From positions 2,046,001-2,110,000 of the forward strand of contig JAWMAR010000135.1 of NCBI GenBank assembly GCA_036785375.1: a stretch of 64,000 nucleotides of DNA, given 5' to 3'. Shown piece after piece: positions 36,676-50,793 of the stretch. The notes below the pieces were generated by a model. The model was not told where the DNA came from. It searched no databases and saw nothing but the letters and a program-made list of their open reading frames with translations. The stretch is from Leucoraja ocellata (lineage: Eukaryota). The number at the start of each line of letters is the position of its first letter. Within the stretch, counting starts at the first letter, position 1. Both the position numbers and the translations under genes were made by a program.

Positions 36676-39600
36676 AAGATGACTATATTTACAATTTATA
36701 GATGCAGCTTTCCCATAACATCACGAGCAATGAGCCACACATGGATTTTATAAATGGTAACAAATCTGCAAGCTAGATACCACGGATGAGGATTCACTAC
36801 CAAGACCTATTTATTACTCATCCCTAATTAAGCTCAAATTGACCTGCAGTTGTTTTCAATGGGTTTAGACTCGGATAGATGGTAGACACTTGATGAAATA
36901 ACATTAGTGCATCAGAGGGTGTTTTACAACAACCACATTGTTTAATGGTCTCATTAATGTTAATATTTTAATTCCAGATTTATTGAAATTGTGAGGTGCC
37001 AGGCAGAGTTTTGAATTCAAGATTCCAGGTCAATGATATAGGCCTTTGGAGAACAATTCAGTAATTTAATCATTTTACCATCATGCCCTCTAAATTACTA
37101 ACCTTTTTTGTTTAAAAAGCTCCCTCATTATTACATGAGTAAACTCCAAAAATTGATGTATTGAATATGGTGATTAATGTGGTATAATGTAACAGTAGGT
37201 AAAACAACATTTTAAAAATTAGTAACAAAACAACGCACTTCCTCTTTCATCAAAAAGCACTGTTATTGAAAATCACTTTTTTCCTCTCTCCACCTGAAGT
37301 TTTAGAACCGCATCAGTATCTCAAAGGAAATCGAGTGATATTTACTCCATACTTTGTTCTGCTTGGCCTGTTAGTAGACTCAACATCAGTGCAACTACAT
37401 GATGCTAACGTTAATTACCTATGTATTTTTCCATAGTGATGTTATGTGAAGTATATAACAGTTGTGGAGAAAAGCATACATCATGCACTAAAACTTATTC
37501 TCAGATGGGAGCTTTCAAGTTGGGTCATTTATTTGTGTTGCCTATACACATTGCATAAGCAGAGCATTCTGTAATTGAGAAAGGCATTTTATGAAAGGGT
37601 CTGGCATGCGTCTCTTGTAGGTCCCTTTTGGATAAAGAGTAGGCTATGTTTGCTGCGTCTGCTATATATATATTATGTAGAACAGTGTTGAAGCAGTTGT
37701 AATATCTGAAGCCAACTGGCAAGCAGATTATGATGGAATTCCTAACAGGCCATTATTGCAGGTATTCAACCCATTGAAAGTTCATTGGGAAATTACCAAG
37801 GCAAGCTCACAGCATCTGCCAGGTTAAGTTTTAACCTAGGATGCAGGAAAAAGGTGGTTACCTAAGAATTAAATGTAAATGTTTATCCAGTACACACAGA
37901 AAGTATTTAAGAAACATAGTTAATTATTGATTTGGCAGATTGGTTCTATTGGAAGAAACAGAGAAGCATATAATCCTTTTGGTATTCATGGTGTCAAATT
38001 ATTAGCAAGGGATCAAAATTAATTGGGAAGTAGAATATTAACACTGATAATACAAGTAGATGACAAAACATTATTACAAAATTTGGGGAATTGTTTGTAT
38101 TTATTAACTCACAATATTTCCATGATATGATTTCCATATTGAGCATTATTTGACTGAGGTTACACATTCAATTTTAGTCAAATATCACAAATGTTCCAGT
38201 AATATTTCAATTCCACATTTCAGTAAGGTATATTTCAAATGATTTTACTGTGTATATATCTACACATTGGATGTTTTAAAGTCAAAAATGTCTGTTAGAA
38301 AAATCCATTTGCACATTTAGAAAAAGATATATCCAGGTAAGAAATCTTTAATTATCTAATTTGCCGAGCAAATTCCCAATCAAGCAAATTTAGCCCAATA
38401 AGTCAGTGCAAAAAAAACAGGTGCCAAGAACTGGAGATGTTTTCTATCTTACTATGGAAAGTGTGCAATCAATGGGTTTCACTTTCTGGATTTGATAACA
38501 TTTGGTGGCACCTCATGACATAATTGCTTGTGTAGCGATTATGGCATATTTTGGATGCTTCCTTTGGAGATTAATTAGGAGAGGTAAACATAACAGATTT
38601 TATATGCTCAGTGGTAAGACTGATAGTCACTTTATTTTTGCATGCTCTTTGTTACTCCAGATTTTATTACCAACGTTCAACATATGGATAAAAATATCCG
38701 AGAGCAAACTTTTATAATTTTCTCACAGATGTAGCATAAAATGTGTACATTGTACTAAAAATTCAACATTTGATGTGTATTCCAGAATTGTATTTGGAGG
38801 TGCCAAAAGGTGTAAGAATTTGACTTCCTCGTCCTGGATTAATTGTTTAGAATACTGTGCACCAAAATGTAATGCTGGAGAGAGAATTACTTCATTTCCT
38901 CTAACTGATCATTTTAACAAATAGACAGGTTATTGCTTTAACTAAATCAAATAGCAGGGAATTCAGACAACAGCATTAATACTAGATACTTCAGGTGATG
39001 TTTTTATTTTTATCTAAATAATTATGAATTCATGGGAGTTACAACGCTATAGTAATTTGATAAAAGAATGATGATGAATAGAAGCACCCAAAGTAATGCT
39101 TTGTACATTGTCCAAATCACAAAATGTGACCTGCTTTAAAATAAATGTAGGGGTTCTGTATCTTTTGCAATAGTGTAAACATTATAGATTTTTTTATTTG
39201 TTAAATAATCAATTTTGAACAGGAGCAGGTGACAATAGAGAAGCCAGTAACCATTCCATGACATAGATAAGATTGTAGATTCGAACAATGGCATTTATAA
39301 CAGCAGGTTTATTGAGGAGGAGAATGGAACTCAAAGTGATGGAATAAAAAACTCAGAAATATCAACAGGTGGTATGAAGTTAAATTATTTTAGTTAAATT
39401 GGGAAGTTTCCAATGGGTTAGTAAATACAGCACAAAGTCTAAATGAAATGGCAATACTGGTCGTAATAGTGTGAAATGAATGCATTTCCAATTAACGGTT
39501 GGTGCTGAAGGCACATTGTTAGGATGTCAGAAACAACCACGGTGTACTTGGACATAGAGTAAAACATTCTCTAGTGCAGAGGGGTCTTATTCAGGATCCC

Positions 39601-41599
39601 AAAACTCAGTTTATAAAAATGATTAATATTATATTGTCAACCTAATTTATATATGTGACATGAACACAAAATGATTGCTGTGATACTCCATTTGCTTGGT
39701 TTTATCAAGTCAAACTACCTTGGTAAAGAAATAATACTTTCTCCATGTGCTGCTGGTAAAATCTTAAGCGATTTACAATTTTGCTAACGTTAAATCGCTT
39801 CTCGCAGGGAATCGATTACTCACCATAATTTCATTGCCTTTCATGACAATAAGAATTCTTTGATATTTTATTTGCTTTAAGTTTTCAAAAATCCTCAGGA
39901 CGAGAATGATAGATGCCTGAAGTTGTAAAATAAGATGAATTACTGGACATGAGGAATGATTTGTTTTATTTTATGTAGACTATGGAAACAATTATTTGAA
40001 CCTCTTGTCTGAAATGTGAATGTCAGATTAGTCCTAATAGGGTGCCATTTTGATTCACCTTTTCTGCCAGTGCCACCAATTTAAAGACTTGTCTGTTTGA
40101 TATGTCTTGCAAGCAGTGAAAACCTAAAAAATTACAAGATCATGCACTTGTTAAATGATCAGAAAATAATATGTTAATCGTTTTCTTAAATTTTCATCAG
40201 TGGTTGAAAGGCAGATCACAGATGGGATGTGCTGATGTGTTTCTATGATTTAATATAAAGAAAATAAGATGTTTTGTGCACTCAAAATTAACAAAATTGA
40301 ATTTTGCTTTTTTTTAAAATTCTCAGCTATCAGCCTATGCAAATAAGACCACAGACATACATACATATTGAGCATACTGTGTGCCAATTGGCCTAATAGT
40401 CTGTTTGTAGATTGTGTTTGGTTCAAGATCCTGAATGGGATTGGTTATAGCATAAACATCAACACAATTAAACAAGTATTTTATTTCTGATATATCATGT
40501 GTCCTTTACAAAAATGGTTTCTTCTGAATCCTTACCCTCTGAAATCTGCATCACTGTGATGTGTTTGTTTTGAAACCTTTGCTCTGGGCATTGTGTTAAA
40601 CCTCCGATGTTTGCAAGAGCCAGAAGCAGCAATTGTGGTATTTGGCCAGTAAAGCTAAAGGTGAATAACAAAGGAAGGTTTATGTTCCTTTTGAGTACCA
40701 ACCATGTAGAACTTTGACATGGCATTCTTTGAATTGTGGCGTGGATTATAATTCAGAAATCAGTTACATCTTGAAGTTTTGATTATATGATCACAGTTAG
40801 TGCCATGGGGTTGTTCGGAGTAGCTAGAATAAGACTGCATGCTTGAAATTGTTAATTTGTCACATGTTTTTTGTGGGGGCTTATGAACATTCTCAGAAAT
40901 GTTGGTTAGAACTGCAGACAATTTAAACTTAGTTCCATAGGCTTCATTCTTTTATCAGACCACAACCAGGATGCTCAAATCATATGGGACTTTTACTTAG
41001 AGGAAAGCTACATAGCAAATACGAGAATCATCATAATTCATAATATTTTAAGATAAAGCATTTTCACCCATTTTCCAGACAACCCTTGGTTCTACAATGG
41101 TCCCACTAATTTATACCAGACCAGACTAAATCTCAATTGTAACATTCAATGCCACACTTACAATGGAAGTCTATTTCTGAAGAAAGCAGTACAGATATCA
41201 GACAAAGAAAATTAGTCAACATGGTGGGTTCACAGGTCCTTGGACGTATGTCGGCCATTTCTACCCTTCCAACACATTGCATCATCTGAGCAATGGTGAA
41301 AACTAATTTGAACACTTACATTTGTTCTTCCTGTTTGTGAAGCTTGATATAATGTACCAACACAGTACATTTCTGCAACTGCCATTTACTTTTTTTGTTA
41401 ACATTTTGTTTTGAATATGTGCCTTATTTATAGCCTTTACTGTTCTAGACAATTAATGTACACACGTGTAGAATTTCATTATCACTGTAAGTAATGTAAT
41501 ATAAAAAAAACTCACTACAAAATGTGTGAAATTTGTTTGTTCATTCAGTGTGGTTTGCAAATATAGAAACCTCAGCATTAGATTCTTTGTAAATTCATA

Positions 41600-41731
41600 N
41601 NNNNNNNNNNNNNNNNNNNNNNNNNNNNNNNNNNNNNNNNNNNNNNNNNNNNNNNNNNNNNNNNNNNNNNNNNNNNNNNNNNNNNNNNNNNNNNNNNNNN
41701 NNNNNNNNNNNNNNNNNNNNNNNNNNNNNNN
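41600..41731. other. Assembly gap (132 N)
   Basis: Run of N. Confidence 1.
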
Positions 41732-42559
41732 AGTTTGTGATTGAAATAAAAATTCAATTATTCTTGATGAACGACAGATTTATACATTAAACATGAGAAG
41801 CTCCAGCATCTTCATGCAATACTTTCCAATGTTATTATTTATAGCAGTAGAGTCTTTGTTTTGTTTAAATGGTTGAAACATGTGTATTATTCAGATGCAA
41901 CACAATCTGTACAAAATGACTGATTTGATGAAAAGTTGCCATTTCTTTTTCACAATAATTCTTGCTCTATGCAAACTCAATGGCGCCATCTCTGAAAATG
42001 TGAGCTAATGTAAAACAACTCAAACAGTACAACTTTTTCAAAAAAGTTGTAACTGTTAATGGTTTAAAAACTATGGAAATGATTCAAAATAAAAGCTGTG
42101 TTATGCTTTTTGGTTGCTGAAAATGGTGTGAAATATTGCTGGTTGCTTGTGCTAGCATGGCTTTACAGTGCAGACTTTTTTGAGATTTTGAAATTAAATA
42201 AAGAATTTTAAAGAGGTTACGAGTTTCTCATTGAATTGAATGCATTTTTCCCCCCAAATTTTCCAGTTTAATCACACAAGTATTTGCATTCAGCTGTAGA
42301 TAAAGTCAATCTTACCATCAAACCAGAAGACTGTAGATAGCAATTAGGACAGAACAGTATCCCCCCCTCTTCTCAGCTGAAGCACTGTGGCATTTCAAGC
42401 ATATCCGCAGGGCCTGTTTTCTCTCAGTATCTATAAATATAGCACAATAGGTTTACAATTGCAAATGTAAGACAAAGTTCAAGATTAATTAATGCAATTT
42501 CTGGCAAAGTTAACAAGACAAGGATCAGATTCAAACTTGTTTACCAAATGTGTCAAAGA

Positions 42560-43010
42560 GAAAGTGTTAAGAGGTATACTACAAACATTTTCGCAAGGCA
42601 ATCAGGCAAAGTCAGCATGATTTTGTGAAAGGGAAATATTTGCTGACCAATTCCAATCTTTTGCATTATGTTGTGGAAAAACGGCCGAGTGGACATACCA
42701 AGATTGCCTGAAGGTATTTGACAAGATGCCACATCATATGTTGTTATGGAAAATAAAAGCTCACGATGTTAGAGATAACATTGGCATAGATAGAAGAATG
42801 GCTACTTTATAGGAAAGATTAGGCATAAGCAGATCTTGTCTGGTTGGCACCAGATTTAATTAAGAATCTCTCTTTATCCAGGGAAAGTTTAGCTTGAGTA
42901 AATGGGAATGCAGAGCAAAGCTGATGTTACAATCAGATGGGACATGATCTTAAATGGCAGCACAACAAGTTTAAGGAATCAAGTGGCAGACTCGGATTCT
43001 TGATTTATAT
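42560..43010 (+). mobile_element. Degenerate CR1 fragment
   Basis: AGTCAGCATGATTTTGTGAAAGGGAAA...AAGGTATTTGACAAGATGCCACAT (SQHGFVKG...KAFDKVPH-like). Confidence 0.65.
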
Positions 43011-43034
43011 TAAACCAGTGTTAGAGTTTCATTT

Positions 43035-43305
43035 GTAGACAAAAGTGCTGGAGAAACTCAGCGGGTGTAGCAGCATCTATGGAGCGAAGGAAATAGGCAA
43101 CGTTTCGGGCCGAAACCCTTCAGACTGACATAGGGTGGGGGAGGCAGGGCACAGAGGGGGGAGCAGTCAGTGAGGAGGTTGTAAAACTCTTCGGAGGGAG
43201 GAGGAGAACTTCTTCAAAGTATGCATACCTTGAGGAGATTTCGCAGTGGAGTAGACAAAGTGTTTAAGAGGGAACTGCAGATGCTGGAAAATCGAAGGTA
43301 GACAA
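43035..43305 (-). mobile_element. Circularly permuted ORF-less PLE-derived element
   Basis: Starts and ends with gtagacaa; terminal-repeat halves in swapped order; 12-bp TSD agagtttcattt (43023-43034, 43306-43317). Confidence 0.82.
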
Positions 43306-44229
43306 AGAGTTTCATTTATTCTCTTAAATAAACTTTATGAAATATTTTACTATAGATGTAAAATATTCTGCTCATGCACACTGAAGATTTAAATCATAAA
43401 TAGTAAACATGAAATTCACTGCCATGTATAGTAGGCAATATATTGAAATATCTAAAATGCACATTAGAAATGACAATCATTAAACAGAAATCATACTCCA
43501 CATGCAGTATTTTCTTGTAATTATTATACGCACCAGACCAAATCTCCCACCTTTGCCTAAGTTGCCATCAATCTTCTTATTGTGTGGCTCAAGGTCCAAT
43601 CATGGCATTCCCTCAACTTTATTGTTAACATTTAAACAAGTAATTCTAGAAAGAGTACTTCCAGAAACGTAATATCATTGGCAAGTCACAACTGCAAGCC
43701 AATTGCAACAGATTTTAGATCACTTTCCGAGGATAACCATACAGGTTTCCAGATGTTGTGGGAAATGACATCCAAGTCAAACAAAGATTTTCAATTGCCA
43801 GGAATGTCTTTAAATAACTTGGTCAACAGAATATAAAATTCTAATGATTCACCCAAATTGTTCTCAAGGTGCATTTCATGATCCAGAGATTCTTGCTGAA
43901 ACACTTCCTCACCCATTCTCCTCACGTCAGGTTCCAAGGAGAAAAACGTCAGTTTCCCTGGTTTCAACATAATTAAACCTCACTTTCCTGCTACTATTCT
44001 AGTTTTCTCTTCATTATGTGTGCATTAACAACCTTCCAAAGTGTGTGGCTCACAGCTTAACATAATAAACAAGCTAGTCTAAATAATGGGTTATATTATC
44101 TTAACATCACTGCACTGTTTATAAAACCATGAGTCATATGTTTCAATTCATATTTATAATTTCTGCATTATTCAAAATGCAAATGTTGTGAATTGTTAGT
44201 TTGCATACATATCAAATCTTTGTTTATAT

Positions 44230-44316
44230 TTAGATATAATAGATTATATTAGAATATTAGAATAGAATATAAAAGAATATAATTAGAATAGAATATTAGA
44301 ATATTAGCATATTAGA
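44230..44316. repeat. (TATTAGAA)n-like simple repeat
   Basis: Degenerate tandem attagaat units. Confidence 0.75.
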
Positions 44317-44320
44317 AACC

Positions 44321-44420
44321 CGTCTGAAGAAGGGTTTCGGCCCGAAACGTTGCCTATTTCCTTCGCTCCATAGATGCTGCTGCACCCGCTGAGTTTCTCC
44401 AGCTTTTTTGTGTAACCTTT
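44321..44420 (+). mobile_element. Solo PLE terminal repeat with intact hammerhead core
   Basis: CTGAAGA-A-GGGT(ttcg)GCCC-GAAA-C-GTT at 44324-44351. Confidence 0.82.
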
Positions 44421-45939
44421 GTTTATATTTGTCCACTTTAGTTTTTTGAAAAACACAAAATGGAAGGTTTACAATCCTGTTTAAAACTAACATTTTGCGT
44501 CAGAGATTTTACATAGTAAAATGCCATATAAACGTCAAAAAGCTACCAGCTTTACTATTTTATATTTAGTTGCAATATAGTTCTGATTCAATTGTTTTAT
44601 CTCCTAGACCTAGACCATTGTTGGTAATGGACATTATCCCAATGGCAGACAAATTCCAATGGCTTTGCTTAAGAATCCAAGGAACAGAGTCTACCATTCA
44701 TATGATGCTTGTACCCTTGTATTGATGCGAAACAGAAATCATTGAAAATACTCTGTATGCCAGATATTGTCTGGAAAGGGGGAAATCGTTTGGCTCGATG
44801 AAAGGTCAATAAATAGTGTCCTAATGCTTTGTTCTATTTTTCAGACTTATGCATGTCCAATACTGTTTCCTTTTTGTCATAACATACACATTACTGGAAA
44901 TGATGGGGGTTGGGGGGGGGGGGAGAAGATATAATAAGGCACAAAATTGGAATAATTTACAATATTTGGTAAAAAGTTGCGTTGCATTGTGTTCCACTTT
45001 TTCCAAATGTAGAAATCAAGAAGATCTGAACCTCTCCACTCAGGAGATATCCTGGGAGGTGAAGCAGGCTCTAAGTAATAGTATGTTCCAAGGTTCTGGA
45101 ATTTCCTTTATAAGCAGTTTCCTTTATAAAATAGAATGATTAAAATAAATTCTGAACTGTCCAGGCCATCGCAGTTAATTATATTTAACAATCTTAACAA
45201 TTACCTTTTGAAGTCTGGAATAATTTATAGTGTTATCGAAAGTACGAATTCATTAAATGTAGGACTTTAAAATTCAACTTAAAGCAATAGTATACCGCAG
45301 TTTAAAAAAACCCCAACTTACAATGGGTAAAGTTGCATCTGACAATGTATATTAGGCTTACAATAGTCCAGAACAATAGCAAAGTCCTGTAATGAATTGG
45401 CATATGGTACGCTTTTACCAATTATAACGTTTTGTAAATAAAGCACGTTTGAAGATGGAGGAGGCAAAATTGTTCAAGTGGAAACAAGTAGGTAAAATGC
45501 AGATAATGTGAACAGGTAGACACAGCTCCCCACAAGCTGGGGAAAGTGACATTGTAGGATTCTGTCCTATTCTTTACCCATTCCTTCTATCCTAAATTGC
45601 AATAATCCTATAAAGGCATAGTGTTTGTAGACCTCAGCCTACAAATAATGGACCCTGCACCCTCTCCTTACCATTCAACACTTCATACCCACTTAAGGCA
45701 TGACTCCAGTACGAAAAGACGACCATTTCCCAACCGAACTAACACTTCACACCCACTCACAGCCTGACCTCAGTCTGCAAAGACTGGGCCCTTCTACACC
45801 CACCCACCCCCCTCCAATCACCACTTCACACCCAATCACCCACACCCACAGTGCTGCACAACATCTCTTATCCAATATCAACAATAAAAATAGAGGTGGT
45901 GGAGAGGCTTTTCACAAGATAAAAAAGCCAGAAATCTCC

Positions 45940-47430
45940 AGCACCTGACAATGTTTCTCCCTCTATCTTTAAGCTCTGCGCCAAACAGCTGGCACCGGTC
46001 TATACAGACATTTTCAACCAGTCCCTGCAAACATGTACTGTCCCTGCCTGCTTCAAAGTCTCCACTATTGTCCCTGTACCCAAAAAGGCAAGGTTTACTT
46101 GTCTTAATGACTACAGGCTGTCACGCTGACCTCTGTAGTCATGAAGACACTCGAAAGGCTTGTGCTGGTCAAGCTGAAAAATATCACAATTCCCCTGCTG
46201 GAACCTATGCAGTTTGCATATTGGCCAATAGATGTGTGCATGATGCAGTCAACCTGGTCCTGCACTTCATCCTACAGCACCCTAGACCGCCAGGGGACCT
46301 ATGCGAGGATCCTGTTTGTTGATTTTAACTCTGCATTCAACACCATTGTGTCAGAGCTACTACACTCCAAACTTTCCGAGTTTACTGTGCCTGAACCCCT
46401 CTGTCGGTGATCACAAGCTTCCTGACAGACAGGAAGCAGTATGTGAGGCTGGGAAAGCACATCTCGGACCCGCAAACACTCAGCATAGAAGCATACTCTC
46501 TCCTCTCCACTACTCGACTGCACCTCCAGAGACACCTCTGTCAAGCTTCTCAAGTTTGTGGACGACACAACCCTGATTGATCCGATCCAGGATGGGGAGG
46601 AATCTGCCTACAGACAGGAAGTGTCACAGCTGGCGTCCTAGTGCCATCACAACAACCTGGAGCTCAATGCTTTTAACACAGTGGAATTGATTGTAGACTT
46701 TAGGAGAGCTCCCCCTCTCCTCATCCCACTCACCATCAGCAATACCAGTCACATCTGTGCAGTATTTTAAGTTCCTGGGAACCATCATCTCCAAGGACCT
46801 TAAGTGGGGGGCTACCATCGACTGGGGAGCTACCATCAAAAAGGCACAACAGAGGATATACTTCCTACAGCAGCTGAGGAAGCACAATCTGCCACAGGCA
46901 ATGATGGTCCAATTCTACACAGCCATCGTAGGGTCTGTTCTCACCTTCTCCATCATGGTCTGGTTTGGCTCAGCCACCAAGCACGACACCTGGAGGCTGC
47001 AGCGAATCGTCCGATCATCAGAGAAGGTTATAGGCTGCAACCTTCCCCCCATTGATGAACTGTTCACTGCAAGGGCCAGGAAGCGAGCGGGCATGATTAT
47101 CTCTGACCCCTCTCACCCTGGCCACAAACTCTTTGAATCACTTCCCTCTGGAAGGCGACTCTGGCTGTGGCAGCTTTGACAATCCGGACATAAAAAGTTT
47201 TTATCCACGAGTAGTTGCTCTACTCAACAGCCAAAATTCTGCAGCCATCCTTTGATCTGGTATTTAGTTGGTTCACATGCTTGAACAATGGTGTTTTCTC
47301 ATTAATGTTTTATTATTATTAATGTTTACTGAGTTATTCGTAACTGTCACTGTGTGTCATGTTGGTACTTGTGAGCAGAGCACCAAGGCAAATTCCTTGT
47401 ATGTGAATACTTGGCCAATAAACTTACTTA
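45940..47430 (+). mobile_element. 5'-truncated Rex1/Babar-type non-LTR retrotransposon (RT, frameshifted)
   Basis: QLAPVYTDIFNQSLQ...VPACFKVSTIVPVPKK..LNDYR; MKTLERLVL; YARILFVDFNSAFNTIV; FKFLGTIISKDLKW...KKAQQRIYFLQQLRK; tail AATAAACTTACTTA. Confidence 0.85.
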
Positions 47431-48399
47431 TGGTTTTGCTGTGAGCTGAATGCAGTTTACCTGCTTTAAAATCAAATCCTTTAATGGATTCCGAGCTCAC
47501 AATGTATCGGTAACCTTTCAAAATACCACAGAAAATTCAACTTACTTGGCTATGTTAAAATAGTTGAGTATTGTCCTGAACTTCAAGGTAATTGTTTTGG
47601 ATCTACCCACTCAATTAATTTAACAGATATCTCAACCTTGACATTTCATTTTGGTTGGGGGAGTGGGAAGGTGTTGGGAGCTCATTCTACCAAATGAGTA
47701 AAGTTTAGGGACTTCAAGTTCTTCTGAACAAAAAGGACTATAAAACCTAGTGCACACACAAGGCACTTAAGCTGAGAGAGTAGTTGGAAAGACAGAACTA
47801 ACCATTTCTCTCCTCAGAAACAGAAGAATGAAAAGTATTCCTATCATTCAATAACACACCTTCCAGAAATAAGGAAAGACTACACTCATTAGAATCAACA
47901 ACAATGCCTGATATGGTCACAGTGCATCTTGGGTAAAATATTGTATTCCAGGAGTTAACAATGAAGAGTAAAGGCATAAGTTCAACACGCTGGTAATCAC
48001 AAAAAGCTACGGGAGCCTATTGGAAACAGCAAGGTTCCGAAGCAGTATTCTTGAAATTTAAAAAACCTGGTACGCAGATGGAAGATAAAACAGTTAATCC
48101 ACTCTCCCAATGCCTTGATGCAGCAGCCTATCGATCCAGAGTGCCCTTGTACGCATCTTGAATTGGGCCTTACTCTCGAGATCACAAAAATATTGTTGCG
48201 AGGATCTATTTAATTTGACATCACAAGCCAAATGAATGGATGTAACTGCAATGAATAAAATATCCTCAAATAAATATTTAAATTGATACTAATCCTACCT
48301 TTAACAAATGCTGAGCACATCTTGATGGCGTTATTCCTGGTGTTCATAATTTTAAGAAACATTTCTGAATGCTAAGTGATAATCCATTAAAAAATAATT

Positions 48400-50793
48400 A
48401 AAAAAATAAAAAATAAAAATTTGGTTCTGCTTTACTAGTTCTTCATCAAAATAAATGTTTCCCACCAATCCAAAACACAATATGTTCATAGCATACATAC
48501 CCTTGTCAAAAATCATGAAAAACTATGCTGAGCAGGTATACTAATAAGACAAGTATTTTGCATCTTTATGCCAATACAGTCAATATTGCACCTGAATATA
48601 GCTAAACCAGAGTAGTATAAAACTAATGCATTTATTCATTACTTTCTCATACATGTTCCGAAAAACGGCATGAATATACCAGCATTTAGAAAAAAAATTA
48701 AGGATGTTTTCTCTAGGTTCCTCAATGGAATCTGGACCAACTTTTACCACGGGTAACAGGAAAACAACAGTGTTAATACAGCTTCACAGCTTTGCAAAAA
48801 TGTCATGAAATGGTTCCACGGACTTCTTGTGGCTACATACCAGTATCTGTTTTAAATGCTTGAACAGCAAGCGTAAAGTTCATGCGAGAGTTAGGATCAA
48901 CCACCTACTCAATTAATGGATTTTTTTGGTCAGCATACAGAAATCACAATACACAAATACAAAAACATAGCTTTGCTATGACATTAATTTACCACGGATG
49001 TAAAAAAAATTAAAATGTAGGTGCCTTAGGTGCCAAAAAAGACAAGAAAACTGAAGAAGCATTTTCCACCATTTACTCTCATTATCAAAAATAGTTTCAA
49101 TTCTTCTTGCAAAACAAAAAAAGAAAAAAACAACAAAAAAAATACAGACTGGACACAAACATCACATTATTCCTATGGCTTCAAAACGCTACTTGACCAC
49201 ATTCACAGGAAATGACACCAGCTACACTATAAAAACAAAAAGGTGCCATCCGATCTCTTTCTGCATGTGAAAAATTTCCTGCACATTTACACTATGTGAA
49301 TAACCATTGTTGTGCATGCTATGTGCCAAACCAAAAGTGAGGCTGAGGAGTAATTTCATATACATTACAATGGTGGACAGTGGTACAAGCAGTTCAGCCA
49401 CATTGACAGAAGTAATGGGATTATGAGATATTATTAATGACAGAATATTGGGATTTGCTTTCAATGCAAGGGACACGAGAGGGAGAGGAGCACATGCACT
49501 AGTCCCCATTGTTGAACTGCCTTAGTGAAAGTTATTGTACTTATTCATTCCAACTTTATGTGATATTGGTCAAATTGCACATAAAGACACAAGGGCCAAT
49601 TGTTTTGTTACTCAACTGTATTTATACCAATGTAAAACCTGAATTTGCCAATGTGGCTAAAATGTATTATTGTTCATTTTAGTTAGACATGCTGACAATT
49701 AACTACCACCTGCAGTACTATCTGGCACTAGAAGGTAAATGCAGGACGATACAGTAAGTGCTATGCTACCCAATGGCAGATAACAAGTAATGCAGAGGCA
49801 CTGCTGTAATATGCACGTTTGGGTTCAATGTTAATTCATCACCACTTTGCTTCCTGTATCATCAAAAGGAGACAGTGGCGAGTTGTAGCACAAATCCAGC
49901 ACAGTATCAAATTATTGTACATCCCCAAGTTTGTAAAAGATCAAGCCCCTCAGATACGTTAGAGAAACACCTGCATAAACACTTGTGCACAACTTAACTG
50001 ACTCAATAACCTTCATCTGTACACACTTTTGTTAACATGGCTCCGACACTGTCTCCAATTGTAGGCATCTAAGTGCATGTGCAGAGTGTGGTGGGGTCTT
50101 CCAGCAACCACCATTCATGACAAAATTACACATTGAGCACCACATGGTTCTAATAAAACGGCAAGCAACCCTGAGGGAAGAAAATATATACCATGTGCGC
50201 CTAAAATATCATCCTCATTTCTACTTGAAACTAACTACACAGGTGTTATGGGAGTGTTTTGCTTTGTGCAACTGATTCATGCTAATGCAGACACTAGAAA
50301 ATAATGAGGCATTTTGTTTTAAATATATTCTTGGGTCATCTAATGACATTACCAAAATAAAACAAAACCAATGTTTTTTTTGATTTAGAGAACACAAAAA
50401 TAATCTGCATATAAAAAGTGACATTATATTCTACATGTTTTTTTTTAAACTGTTCGTACTGTAGTTCACCATTCTTTTTTAAATTACACCTTAACCTTCT
50501 GCGATTATGCACAATGCATAAGCAGCAACAATGAGGTCAAATTTCTCTTGCCAAAGATCATTCAGTATAAACCACTTGCAAAAGTTCATAATTACATCTT
50601 ATTCAAATTAACATATTCCTCTCCTCTGGAGTCAAACCTGATGATTTACATTTACTTCAAGTGATCTATACCCAAAGCACTACGGCAAGTTCAACTAAGT
50701 TTTTTTCCCCCAAATATAGAACTATAGCTGCCTTAAAGTTGTAGTCATCCCATTAACAGGGACATGCCTAAGGTCCACCAGATCGATTCCAAT
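48400..50793 (-). other. MSL2: Putative MSL2 3' UTR
   Basis: ~2.3 kb without recognisable repeats after the stop; minus-strand AATAAA at 48636-48631; U-rich tracts; exact end uncertain. Confidence 0.55.

Larger units (their letters stand above)
34064..42230 (+). other. PPP2R3A: Putative PPP2R3A 3' UTR (end uncertain)
   Basis: AT-rich, transposon-poor stretch after the stop; AATAAA at 41745, 42088 and 42197; earlier AATAAA hexamers also exist, so the length is inferred. Confidence 0.4.
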
